Shown here piece after piece: positions 35,815 through 44,746 of a stretch of DNA of 64,000 nt. Origin of the DNA: a candidate division TM6 bacterium GW2011_GWF2_32_72 (GTDB lineage: Bacteria > Babelota > Babeliae > Babelales > CAIQNR01); contig CAMCVM010000002.1 in the NCBI GenBank assembly GCA_945882015.1, positions 51,116 through 115,115 of the forward strand, read 5' to 3'. How positions within the stretch are numbered: position 1 is the stretch's first letter; every line of letters begins with the position of its first letter. The notes under the pieces are model-generated. The model was not told where the DNA came from, did not search any database, and saw only the letters and a program-made list of their open reading frames with translations. Both the position numbers and the translations under genes were made by a program.

Positions 35815-37587
35815 TTAATCTTTTACTTTGACTATTGGAGCAATTCCATATTCTTTTAAATGCTGCTTATCAACCACAGTAGGAGCTTGCATCATCACAT
35901 CGTAACCACGTTGTGTTTTTGGAAATGCGATTACTTCACGGATTGATGAAGAGCCTGTCAAAATCATTAAAAGACGGTCAATTCCAAAAGCAATGCCACC
36001 TAATGGAGGGAATCCATAATCAAGTGCTTCAATTAAAAATCCAAATTTTTCCTGAGTTTGTTCTTGAGTAAGTCCTAATAATTCAAAGACTTTTTTCTGT
36101 AATGTTGCATCATGAATACGAATAGAACCACCGCCAAGCTCAGTACCATTACATACTAAATCGTAAGCGCGCGCTTTCATGTCTTGAGGTTTTAAATGTT
36201 CCCAACCATCCTGCGGCGCAGTAAATGGATGATGTGCTGAACTGAGTTCTTGTGTTTTTTCATCAAATTCAAATAATGGCCAATTAACAATCCAGCAAAG
36301 ATTTAAAACATTTGGAGTAATCATTTTAAGTGCATCAGCTAGAGCACAACGCAGTTTTCCAAGAATTGGCCACGCTGTTTTATAATTGCCTGCAACAAAA
36401 AATACTGTGTCCGTTTTTTTAAAATCTTTAAACACCGTTGAAAGTTGCTCAAAAAAGTTTTGTGGCAAGAACTTTGCAACAGGTGATTCAAGGTTGCCTT
36501 GCTCATCAAAACGAACGTATAACAAGCCTTGAGCTCCAAATTCTTGTGCCTTAGTGACCCAGTTATCAAGTTCTGAACGTGTAAATACTTTATCTTGTAC
36601 TCTGAGCGCACCAACTTTTCCACCCTTATCAAGCACAGCTTTTAAAAAACTTAATTCTGTGTTTTGAAACAAACTGGTTGCATCATGAATAGGCATACCA
36701 TAACGCAGATCAGGCTTGTCTGAACCATACGCCATAAACGCCTGATCATAACTTAATGCTGGAAATGGTAATTTGATATCGATATTAAATACTTTTTTGA
36801 AGATATGCTCAAACATTTTTTCAACGGTAATACGAATATCTGTTTCATCAATGAATGACATTTCAATATCAAGCTGTGTAAATTCTGGTTGACGATCTGC
36901 ACGCAAATCTTCATCTCTAAAACAACGAGCTATTTGAAAATAACGCTCTAAACCACCTGCCATCAAAAGTTGTTTGTATAATTGAGGAGACTGTGGCAAT
37001 GCATAAAATGAACCTTGATGCAAGCGACTTGGAACTAAGAATTCCCGAGCACCTTCAGGAGTGTTTTTTGTTAAAACTGGTGTTTCAATTTCAAAAAATC
37101 CATGTGTTAAAAAGAATTCGCGCATCGCAAAAACAACCATACTGCGCAATGCTAAATTTTGTTGCATTTTGAATCTACGTAAATCGATATAACGATACCG
37201 TAAACGCAATTCTTCATCTATTGAATCTGATTCATCAAGTTGAAATGGTAAAGTTTTTGCTTTATTTAAAATAATCAACTGAGTAACTTGCAATTCCCAT
37301 TTACCGGTTGGCATCTTTTCATTGACTGTTTCTTTTGAGCGCTCAACAACAGTACCTGTTACAGAAATAACATATTCAGAGCGCAAATCTTGAGACAAGG
37401 CATGAGCTTCTTTGGCAAAATCAGGATTAAAAACAACCTGCATAATACCAGTTCTATCGCGCAAATCTACAAAAATAAGGCCGCCATGATCACGTCTACG
37501 TGCAACCCACCCATTCAAGGTAATTGCTTTTTTAAGTGTTTTTGCATCAACTAAGCCGCATTCAACCGTACGTTTCCATGAACTCAT
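35815..37587 (-). CDS. aspS: aspartyl-tRNA synthetase
   Basis: GWVARRRDHGGLIFVDLRDRTGIMQVVF (OB-fold domain). Class II motifs FRDEDLRADRQPEFTQLD and GGIAFGIDRLLMIL. Confidence 0.95.
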   Translation of the reverse strand: MSSWKRTVECGLVDAKTLKKAITLNGWVARRRDHGGLIFVDLRDRTGIMQVVFNPDFAKEAHALSQDLRSEYVISVTGTVVERSKETVNEKMPTGKWELQVTQLIILNKAKTLPFQLDESDSIDEELRLRYRYIDLRRFKMQQNLALRSMVVFAMREFFLTHGFFEIETPVLTKNTPEGAREFLVPSRLHQGSFYALPQSPQLYKQLLMAGGLERYFQIARCFRDEDLRADRQPEFTQLDIEMSFIDETDIRITVEKMFEHIFKKVFNIDIKLPFPALSYDQAFMAYGSDKPDLRYGMPIHDATSLFQNTELSFLKAVLDKGGKVGALRVQDKVFTRSELDNWVTKAQEFGAQGLLYVRFDEQGNLESPVAKFLPQNFFEQLSTVFKDFKKTDTVFFVAGNYKTAWPILGKLRCALADALKMITPNVLNLCWIVNWPLFEFDEKTQELSSAHHPFTAPQDGWEHLKPQDMKARAYDLVCNGTELGGGSIRIHDATLQKKVFELLGLTQEQTQEKFGFLIEALDYGFPPLGGIAFGIDRLLMILTGSSSIREVIAFPKTQRGYDVMMQAPTVVDKQHLKEYGIAPIVKVKD

Positions 37588-37658
37588 GCCAAAGCCCTTT
37601 TGTTAAAATCTTTATGATCTTGAATAAATGTCCCTCTCAGTCTACCAGAAACGGGCAA

Positions 37659-37688
37659 CAAAAAAAGGGGAGTTTTGCAACTCCCCTT
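37659..37688 (-). terminator. intrinsic terminator downstream of the OMP gene
   Basis: A perfect 10-bp stem pairs 37665-37674 aaggggagtt with 37679-37688 aactcccctt around a 4-nt loop. On the minus strand it is followed by a T-run (the complement of the A-run 37659-37666). Confidence 0.8.
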
Positions 37689-37708
37689 AAGTTTTTGTAG
37701 GTCAAAAC

Positions 37709-39598
37709 TTAAAATATGTAATCAACTGACAAGCTTAAGGTAAAAGCTGTACTTGTCCCCAAGGTTGGAAGAATTTCTTCTGTTCCTGCTGTAGCTTGTT
37801 CAACAAGCTTAGCTATATCAGTGCTTAAAGCAGTTCCTTTAGAATCAGTGTAGTATTTGCCTGGTATAAAGATCGCTGCGGCTAAACTGAATTTTAAATT
37901 ATCACTAAATTCATATTTGTTGATCATGTTAAACTCTGTGCCTAATTTTTTACTTGCGTCAACAGTTGGCTCTGCTATTTTTTTTGAGGGAAAGTGTTGC
38001 CAATAAGTCAAAATATTCGGATTAATACTAAATTTATGATTCCAATCTTTTGGAGCAAAATTAAATCCCATTCCTGCAAAGATTAAATTGGTAAAACTAT
38101 CAATCCCCGAACCATCAAGCCGCCCTTCTTGCAACGGTTTTAAACGAACAAGCCCAGCTGCTGGCCCCATAACAAAAACACTTTTAACTCTATTTCCAGA
38201 CCACAATTCTTGTTGCGTTACAAAACCTTTATAGCTTCTAAGACTGGTTGCTTGGTTTCCTGTGCGAGAATTTGGATTAGTATCTCCACTTGAAATCCCC
38301 CCCGCAACAGATGCTTTTAAATCTCTTTTGTAAACATAGATTGAAGCATCAGCAACTGCCATGTAGCCTCTATATTTGTTTTTGTAAGCATCTCTGAATC
38401 GATCTTTACCATGGTATTTAGTAGTTCCATCAATCAACTGACTATTTAATGCACTTGAAAGCATTGCTGTTGGTCTATATGCAGTTGTATCTCCAGTATA
38501 AACCGTCTTGGTTGTTAATGCTGCGTCATCAAAAACATGTGACCAATGTTGAATTAAGGCCCCTGTAGTTGTGTCTGTTTTTGTTTTAACAACGTTTCGA
38601 TCAAATGCAAAAACTTCCTGTTGCCCGCGATTAAATGCAGTATCAAAACCAAACTCAACAATACCATGCTCAAACTCCCCCGATAAACCAAATGTTTTTA
38701 AAGTGCTTGCGGCATCAGAAGTAAATTCGATTGTTTGTGATGGGTCTTTTGCATACATTGCATAGGGTTCAAAGAAAACTTTTTTATGCGCTGCTTTGTC
38801 TTCAACGGGAGTCCAACGCAATCTTCCTGCAACTTTCCAGTCAATATCTCCAAACCCTCTGGCAAACTGTGTGTTTGGAATATATTTTCCTGCAACAATC
38901 AAGTGGTCATAAATTTGCGCACCAGTCTTTTTAAATGATGTTGCATTGTTTTCTGTAACAGAAGCATATAAATCATATTTTAAAGCATCCCAATAAAGAT
39001 TACCTGAAAGCTTTGCTCCTGGCGCATATTGATCTACCGCACTGTCAGTATAAAAACCTAATGAAGAAGGAGCGATCGCATAATTTTCACCTAATGCAAT
39101 ACCACGACCCAAATCAAAAGGGAAAAGACCAACCGTAAACGAATGTTTCCATGTATCAAGCCCTAAAAGATCATCAAAATCAAACTTAAACCATACTTCT
39201 TGAACATAGAGGTTGTTGCGCCCCAACTCATGGGAATGATCTCCAATAAGGGTTTCTCCATACTTAATTGAGCTAGACTTAGTAGAAGTTTTTGCTGAAC
39301 CCCATGTTAAAGGAACGTTAAAAGTAACCTGTGCCTTAACGCCTTTTTTATGCTCTACTGCTGTAGTAAAATTTATTTTAGTCTTATTGGCAAGAGCTTT
39401 ATCAACCTTATCCCCGCGTGCACCAACAGCAGAGCCGTTTAATAAAAATGCATTAACAGAAAAATCTGTGCCTTGTGAAATTTTCCCACCGAGTGAAACT
39501 TCGATATCTTCATTTTTATAAATTGAAACTTTTGCTTGTACCGGCATAGCCGCCAAAAGGGCAAGTGGAAGAAGCAAAGCTGCTTTTGGATTTTTCAT
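37709..39598 (-). CDS. outer-membrane beta-barrel (porin-like) protein
   Basis: Signal peptide MKNPKAALLLPLALLAAMPVQA. Alternating beta-strand pattern with frequent aromatic girdle residues. The C-terminal SLSVDYIF ends in Phe, matching the OMP beta-signal. Confidence 0.6.
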   Translation of the reverse strand: MKNPKAALLLPLALLAAMPVQAKVSIYKNEDIEVSLGGKISQGTDFSVNAFLLNGSAVGARGDKVDKALANKTKINFTTAVEHKKGVKAQVTFNVPLTWGSAKTSTKSSSIKYGETLIGDHSHELGRNNLYVQEVWFKFDFDDLLGLDTWKHSFTVGLFPFDLGRGIALGENYAIAPSSLGFYTDSAVDQYAPGAKLSGNLYWDALKYDLYASVTENNATSFKKTGAQIYDHLIVAGKYIPNTQFARGFGDIDWKVAGRLRWTPVEDKAAHKKVFFEPYAMYAKDPSQTIEFTSDAASTLKTFGLSGEFEHGIVEFGFDTAFNRGQQEVFAFDRNVVKTKTDTTTGALIQHWSHVFDDAALTTKTVYTGDTTAYRPTAMLSSALNSQLIDGTTKYHGKDRFRDAYKNKYRGYMAVADASIYVYKRDLKASVAGGISSGDTNPNSRTGNQATSLRSYKGFVTQQELWSGNRVKSVFVMGPAAGLVRLKPLQEGRLDGSGIDSFTNLIFAGMGFNFAPKDWNHKFSINPNILTYWQHFPSKKIAEPTVDASKKLGTEFNMINKYEFSDNLKFSLAAAIFIPGKYYTDSKGTALSTDIAKLVEQATAGTEEILPTLGTSTAFTLSLSVDYIF

Positions 39599-39772
39599 AA
39601 ACTTTTCCTATTTTAAATTTTTGAAAGTGTTAGATATTTTCATAAAAATTACGTAATTTTTATTGACAGAAACTTTCTAAAATGCGCTTATAATTGTACA
39701 ACCATCAATCCTTTTGTCAAATTAACAAAAGAACACACTAATCAGATTTTGAATCTTTTTTAAAGAAAGCTG

Positions 39773-40681
39773 TTGACCATGCAACATCAAAAAAAATTAT
39801 TACTTGGCGCACATATGTCTATTGAAGGAGGACTTCACAAAGCAATTGAGCGTGGTATAGAAACTGGATGCACCACCTTGCAAATTTTTACAAAAAGCAA
39901 TAGACAGTGGCATGCAAAAGCAATTAGCTTAGAAGAAATAGAAAAATTTAAACAAGCGGTTACCGCTTCGAGCATTAATCCTATTGTTGCGCATGCTTCA
40001 TACCTTATTAATTTGGCTTCCCCTGAAGAAGCAACAAGAAAAAAATCTATTATTGCTTTAAAAAAAGAACTTGAAGTTTGCTCTCAATTAAACATTCCCT
40101 ACTTGGTCTTACACCCAGGATCACACGTAAACCAAACAACAAAAGAGGGTGTTGCTTTAATTAGCCAAGGCCTTGATCAAGCTCTACAAGAGTCTCCTGG
40201 CACAACTATAATTGCTCTTGAAACAATGGCTGGGCAAGGCAGCTCTGTTGGTTCAACGTTTGAAGAACTTGCAGAAATTTACCAACTGAGTGAGCATAAA
40301 AAAAGGCTTGGGGTGTGCCTTGATACCTGTCATATTTTTTCTGCCGGGTATGATTTTACAGAAAAAAAAGTATATGAAGCAATGTGGTCTGAATTTGATA
40401 AAACAATAGGGCTAGAGCGTCTTAAAGTAATTCATGTTAACGATTCTAAAAAAGAACTTGGGTCACGTGTTGATCGACATGAAACGATCACAAAAGGAAA
40501 AATTGGGGCAGAGGCTTTTGCATTATTATTTAATGATGCTCGGTTTTTTGATGTTCCAAAAATTCTTGAAACCCCTAAGGTGACGCTTGCTGAAGATATT
40601 TATAATATGGAAATAATAAAAGGGCTTTTAACCAAAGAAACAAAAGAACTTTTAAAAGTAAAAAGTGAAAAAGCGGCATAA
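39773..40681 (+). CDS. nfo: endonuclease IV
   Basis: LLLGAHMSIEGGLHKAIERGIETGCTTLQIFTKSNRQW, YLVLHPGSH, LETMAGQGSSVG, CLDTCHIFSAGYD and HVNDSK motifs. The start may instead be ATG 39779. Confidence 0.9.
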   Translation: MTMQHQKKLLLGAHMSIEGGLHKAIERGIETGCTTLQIFTKSNRQWHAKAISLEEIEKFKQAVTASSINPIVAHASYLINLASPEEATRKKSIIALKKELEVCSQLNIPYLVLHPGSHVNQTTKEGVALISQGLDQALQESPGTTIIALETMAGQGSSVGSTFEELAEIYQLSEHKKRLGVCLDTCHIFSAGYDFTEKKVYEAMWSEFDKTIGLERLKVIHVNDSKKELGSRVDRHETITKGKIGAEAFALLFNDARFFDVPKILETPKVTLAEDIYNMEIIKGLLTKETKELLKVKSEKAA

Positions 40682-40787
40682 GAGCTAAGTAGCTAAGAAA
40701 AAATCGTGATAATTCTTTAGCTCTTTTACTATCGCTTTCTCACTATTACGCAGTATTTTCACCAACCAACCAAATAAGGTGTAAAAT

Positions 40788-40946
40788 ATGATACTCATTA
40801 TCGTAGAAATATTACTTAAAACTATAAATTTAAAAAATCAAAAAAAGCAACGTCATAAAAGTGCGATTAAATCAGGTTATTGCAACAAAAGCAACGTCAT
40901 TGCAACAAAAATTAGCAAAAAGCAACACGCAACATTGTTGCGATAA
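40788..40946 (+). CDS. candidate small protein (52 aa): hydrophobic N-terminus plus basic tail
   Basis: Below the ORF-track size cut-off and found by eye. An aaggtg SD (40776-40781) lies 6 nt before ATG 40788. Product: MILIIVEILLKTINLKNQKKQRHKSAIKSGYCNKSNVIATKISKKQHATLLR. No homology evidence is available. Confidence 0.2.
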   Translation: MILIIVEILLKTINLKNQKKQRHKSAIKSGYCNKSNVIATKISKKQHATLLR

Positions 40947-40975
40947 AAAAAGAAAAACAACTTTGATTAAAACAA

Positions 40976-41009
40976 AAAGAAAGCATAGTCAAAAAACTAT
41001 GCTTTCTTT
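40976..41009 (-). terminator. intrinsic terminator downstream of infB
   Basis: A 13-bp stem pairs aaagaaagcatag (40976-40988) with ctatgctttcttt (40997-41009). On the minus strand it is followed by tttttgtttt. Confidence 0.6.
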
Positions 41010-41028
41010 AAAATCGTATTAATAAATT

Positions 41029-43059
41029 TTATGCTGCAATATCAATGTAGCATTCAGCGATATCATCTATTTGCCAGTCTTCAAACCCTTCAACAATAAA
41101 GCCGCATTCAAATCCAGTATGAACTTCTTTAACGCTCTTTTTGTCTCGCTGAAGACTTTTAATTTTACCACGCGCAAGTTCTTTACGCCCTCTGACAATA
41201 GCTATTATTCCTTTTGCAGAAAATCTACCGTCATTAACAATACAACCGGCAATAACGCCTAATTTCTTGATATTAAATACCTTAAGAACAGTTGCTTGGC
41301 CAATTTTTGTCAGGACAGTCTTAATAACTTTTTCACGAGCAGCAAGCTCTTCAAACTTTTCGAATAATTTATAGATAATATCAAAAAGATGAATCGCAAC
41401 TTCTGCATTACGTGCAACACTTACAGCACTTTGTTCCGCTTTTACACTAAAGCCAATAATAGTAGCGCCGGTACTTTCTGCTAATAGAGCATCACTTTCT
41501 GTGATATTACCAATACCAGAACGCAAAACAACAATTTCTTTAACAACTGTTTGCGGTATTTTTTTAAGGCCATCAACAATTGCTTCAAGCGAAGAATGCA
41601 TATCAGCTTTTAAAATCACATTAAATTTCTGAGCGTCATCAGAAATGCTTAATCGAGCAGCCATTTCTGAAGTTTTTGGTGCGTCATTTTTTAAGGCTCT
41701 GTATTCAGCTTCTTGAATAACATCAAAAAGTGAACCAACCGGAGGCAATTCTGAAAATCCTGTAATTTGAACAGGAATAGAAGGCCCAACCTCTTTTAAA
41801 ACAGTTCCAGCTGAATCGGTTAAAGATGTTACTTTTCCTGTAACAGAACCTGCTTTAAAGTAGTCCCCTACCTTTAAAATTCCTTGGCGACAAAGAACAG
41901 TTGCTACTGATCCGCGCCCTTTTAACATTTTTGATTCAAGAACATAACCTTGAACAGTCGCTGTTGTTGAAGCTTTTAAATCCATCATTTCAGCTTGCAA
42001 TGAAATCATTTCTAAAAGATGATCAACGTTTTTTCCTTCTTTTGCCGAAATAGGAACAACCATAATTTGCCCGCCCCATTCTTCTGGCAACAAATCATGC
42101 TGTGTTAATTGTCTTTTAATAACTTCAATTCTTTGCTCGTCAACTCTGTCTATTTTGTTGATTGCAACAATAACAGTCATGCCAAGCGCTTTTATTGCTT
42201 TAATACTTTCAACTGTTTGAGGCATTATGCCGTCATCTGCAGCGATCATTAAAATCGCAATATCAGCAACAGAAGCTCCGCGTTTTCTAATTTTTGAAAA
42301 TGCTTCGTGCCCAGGAGTATCTAAAAATACTAATTTTCCATGTTTTGTTTTAACTTGATATGCACCAAGATGCTGAGTAATGCCACCTTTTTCTTTTGCA
42401 GCAACTCGCGTTTTTCTAATAAAATCTAAAAGCGTTGTTTTACCATGATCAACATGGCCCATGACAACTACAACAGGTAAGCGGGTTTGAGTATTTTCTA
42501 AAGAAAGCTCTACCTTTCCTGCAAGTAAATCTTTTTTCTGAGGCGATGCTGCAAAAAACTCTAGTTCATATGTTTTGCATAAATGCTCAACTTCATCTTC
42601 AGACAGTAGATGATTGACCGAACAAGGCTTTCCTTCTTTAAGTAATGTTAAAATCACACTACTTAAACTTAATTTTGCCAAGGAAGCAAACTTCCCAACA
42701 GTCATTGCTTCTATAAGAATAGGCAATGCTTTTTCTGGCTCTGCTTGAACAACAGGTTTTGATTTAAATTTTGATACAATAGGTCTTTTCTGCGCAGAAG
42801 ATTGAATCACTTTTTTTGCCTCTATTGGAGCGAGAACCTCTGGCTTCACCTGTTCTTGCGCCACAACTGGCGCTATCTGTTTTTTTTCAGAAGCTTGTTT
42901 CTCGAAACTTTTATTAAGAAATGTTTTCTCTAAATATACGATAGCTTGCTCGGATAATACAGACATATGGCTTTTAATATCAAAGCCCTCTTTATGTAAA
43001 GCCTCAATAAGTTGCTTATTTACTAAATTATGCTGTTTTGCAAATTCATGTACCCGCAT
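41029..43059 (-). CDS. infB: translation initiation factor IF-2
   Basis: G-domain VVVVMGHVDHGKTTLLDFIRKTRVAAKEKGGITQHLGAYQV, DTPGHEAF and NKID. It lies downstream of nusA, as in the conserved nusA-infB operon. Confidence 0.95.
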   Translation of the reverse strand: MRVHEFAKQHNLVNKQLIEALHKEGFDIKSHMSVLSEQAIVYLEKTFLNKSFEKQASEKKQIAPVVAQEQVKPEVLAPIEAKKVIQSSAQKRPIVSKFKSKPVVQAEPEKALPILIEAMTVGKFASLAKLSLSSVILTLLKEGKPCSVNHLLSEDEVEHLCKTYELEFFAASPQKKDLLAGKVELSLENTQTRLPVVVVMGHVDHGKTTLLDFIRKTRVAAKEKGGITQHLGAYQVKTKHGKLVFLDTPGHEAFSKIRKRGASVADIAILMIAADDGIMPQTVESIKAIKALGMTVIVAINKIDRVDEQRIEVIKRQLTQHDLLPEEWGGQIMVVPISAKEGKNVDHLLEMISLQAEMMDLKASTTATVQGYVLESKMLKGRGSVATVLCRQGILKVGDYFKAGSVTGKVTSLTDSAGTVLKEVGPSIPVQITGFSELPPVGSLFDVIQEAEYRALKNDAPKTSEMAARLSISDDAQKFNVILKADMHSSLEAIVDGLKKIPQTVVKEIVVLRSGIGNITESDALLAESTGATIIGFSVKAEQSAVSVARNAEVAIHLFDIIYKLFEKFEELAAREKVIKTVLTKIGQATVLKVFNIKKLGVIAGCIVNDGRFSAKGIIAIVRGRKELARGKIKSLQRDKKSVKEVHTGFECGFIVEGFEDWQIDDIAECYIDIAA

Positions 43060-43108
43060 TATCCCTGCCTAACGTTAATGTGAGCTTTATTACTCTCTCT
43101 ATTTTATT

Positions 43109-44164
43109 TTAAAATTCTTCACTCAGCCTTTGATCTAAATCTTCTTTTGCTTCAACTTGTACCAGCGATATATTAACCCCTGTCAAACGTGAAGCAAGGG
43201 CTATATTTTGACCCATCTTGCCAATCGCTAAAGATCTTTGATCATCATCAAGCCAAACTCTTGCACTCTTATTGTCGTCAGACATTTCAACTCTATTGAT
43301 TTCAGCAGGCTTTAAAGCGTCACGTATAAATGTTTCAATAGAATCTGTCCATGCAATAATATCAATTTTTTCGGTACCAAACTCTTTCAAGATTGGTTTA
43401 ATTCTTGCGCCGCCAACTCCAACACAAGTTCCAACAGGATCAATATTTGCGTCGTGTGAAACAACAGCAACTTTTGATTTATATCCTGCGATTCTTACAA
43501 TTTTTTTAATTTCCACTAAGCGCTCAAACACTTCAGGGACTTCTAATTCAAACAATCGTGATAAAAATTCTTCAGAAGCACGATCAAGTATCAACTGATT
43601 TTCATTACGAGGAACATCTAAAACTTCTTTTAAAAGCGCTCTAATAGAGAAACCAACCAGTGCTTTTTCGCCCGGAATAGAAAGTGATTTAGGTAAAAAC
43701 GCTAAATAATCTTGAATTTTTACTACAATTCCACTGCGCTCGCATTTGTGAATAATGCCTTGTAAAATTGTACCTTCTTTGTCTTTAAATTCTGCACAAA
43801 TAGCTGCAGCTTCAATTTCTCTAATACGGTTTGCGATAAACTGTTTAGCTCTTAAAATATCGATACGGCCGATTCCGCCTTCAAAAGGCAACCATACAGC
43901 ATCTCCAAGCTCAGCTTTGCTTGAAATGCCTTTAGCGCGGCGCAAACTTATTTGACAGTCTTCATCTTCAACTGAGGTAACAACTTCTTTTTGTACTTCT
44001 AAAAGAGGTGCGTCTGACTTTTGATCATAGGTAGCACGTAATATAAGCTCAGGATACTTTTTCTGATAAGCAGTAAGCATTCCTTCACATACAATTTCAC
44101 TTAAAATTCTTTTATCTAACCCTCGTTCTTCAACAAGCGCATCTATGACCTCATAAAGACTCAA
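43109..44164 (-). CDS. nusA: transcription termination/antitermination factor NusA
   Basis: N-terminal domain, S1 segment (GIIHKCERSGIVVKI) and two KH segments (VGACVGVGGARIKPI-like VGTCVGVGGARIKPILKEF; AIGKMGQNIALASRLTG). It is adjacent to infB. Confidence 0.9.
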   Translation of the reverse strand: MSLYEVIDALVEERGLDKRILSEIVCEGMLTAYQKKYPELILRATYDQKSDAPLLEVQKEVVTSVEDEDCQISLRRAKGISSKAELGDAVWLPFEGGIGRIDILRAKQFIANRIREIEAAAICAEFKDKEGTILQGIIHKCERSGIVVKIQDYLAFLPKSLSIPGEKALVGFSIRALLKEVLDVPRNENQLILDRASEEFLSRLFELEVPEVFERLVEIKKIVRIAGYKSKVAVVSHDANIDPVGTCVGVGGARIKPILKEFGTEKIDIIAWTDSIETFIRDALKPAEINRVEMSDDNKSARVWLDDDQRSLAIGKMGQNIALASRLTGVNISLVQVEAKEDLDQRLSEEF

Positions 44165-44369
44165 CGTGGTTTCCCTCTAATTTATGTAAAAAAAATATTC
44201 TGAAAAGTCCTGCCTAGGACATTGTACCAAAAAAGAAGAAAAATAGAAGCTTTTTCCCATTTTAGGTAAAAAAAGAGCATAAACTTAATTTTTTAAAAAA
44301 AGTTTTAAGTATATACAGTATATAATTATATATTTCTTTTACTATATTAGTATTATGCTCGAGAGAAAA

Positions 44370-44378
44370 TGTGGATAA
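44370..44378 (-). promoter_or_regulatory. isolated perfect DnaA box next to the AT-rich tract
   Basis: tgtggataa at 44370-44378. It is preceded by the GC-rich gctcgagag (44357-44365) and a TAN-periodic run tattagtattat (44345-44356). Confidence 0.5.
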
Positions 44379-44436
44379 CTTCTGTTTTTTATCACCGAAT
44401 ACCTTTCTAGGTCGTCAAATAGCTCTTCAAGAACAA

Positions 44437-44478
44437 TGTGGATAACCTGTGGATAACCTGTGGATAACTTGTGGACAA
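44437..44478 (-). repeat. array A: four head-to-tail DnaA boxes at exact 11-bp spacing
   Basis: tgtggataa at 44437, 44448 and 44459, and tgtggacaa (one mismatch) at 44470. Confidence 0.8.
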
Positions 44479-44578
44479 CTTCCCTTGGATCCTTGATTTC
44501 CTTATTGTAAGCCTATTTCAGGAGTATTTCACATTAAAAGCTTTTCCTAATCATGGTTTTCAAGGGGGCGAAAATAAG

Positions 44579-44620
44579 TTATCCACAGGTTATCCACAAG
44601 TTATCCACAAGTTATCCACA
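44579..44620 (+). repeat. array B: four head-to-tail DnaA boxes at exact 11-bp spacing, inverted relative to array A
   Basis: ttatccaca at 44579, 44590, 44601 and 44612, all perfect. Confidence 0.8.
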
Positions 44621-44746
44621 ATTTCAATGAGTATTAATTTTCTGATTCACTCTTTAATTAAAGGCATTTTTCTTTTGAGGTTTTATTTTCAGAAAATTTA
44701 ATAGCTTGTGTCGCAAGAATGGCGGTTTTAAGTTAGATAATAAGCC

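Larger units (their letters stand above)
44281..44620. other. candidate chromosomal replication origin (oriC-like DnaA-box cluster plus AT-rich tract)
   Basis: There are nine DnaA-box matches, eight of them perfect TTATCCACA/TGTGGATAA, in a 250-bp non-coding stretch. An almost pure A/T tract (44281-44356) flanks them on the left. Confidence 0.65.

Noticed and set aside
35569-35859. 96-aa track ORF across the eno 5' end and the eno-aspS gap
   Set aside because: It is antisense to the enolase N-terminus and runs into the aspS 3' end. It has no SD and no motif.
44437-44620. Possible CRISPR-like or tandem-repeat array
   Set aside because: The repeat unit is 11 bp with only 2-nt gaps and no spacers. 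The 9-mer is the exact DnaA-box consensus in two inverted blocks. No cas genes are present.
44471-44701. 76-aa track ORF spanning the DnaA-box region
   Set aside because: It starts at GTG inside the last degenerate box and reads straight through array B. The repeated peptide is simply the translated DnaA boxes. A non-coding origin or regulatory region is the better explanation.
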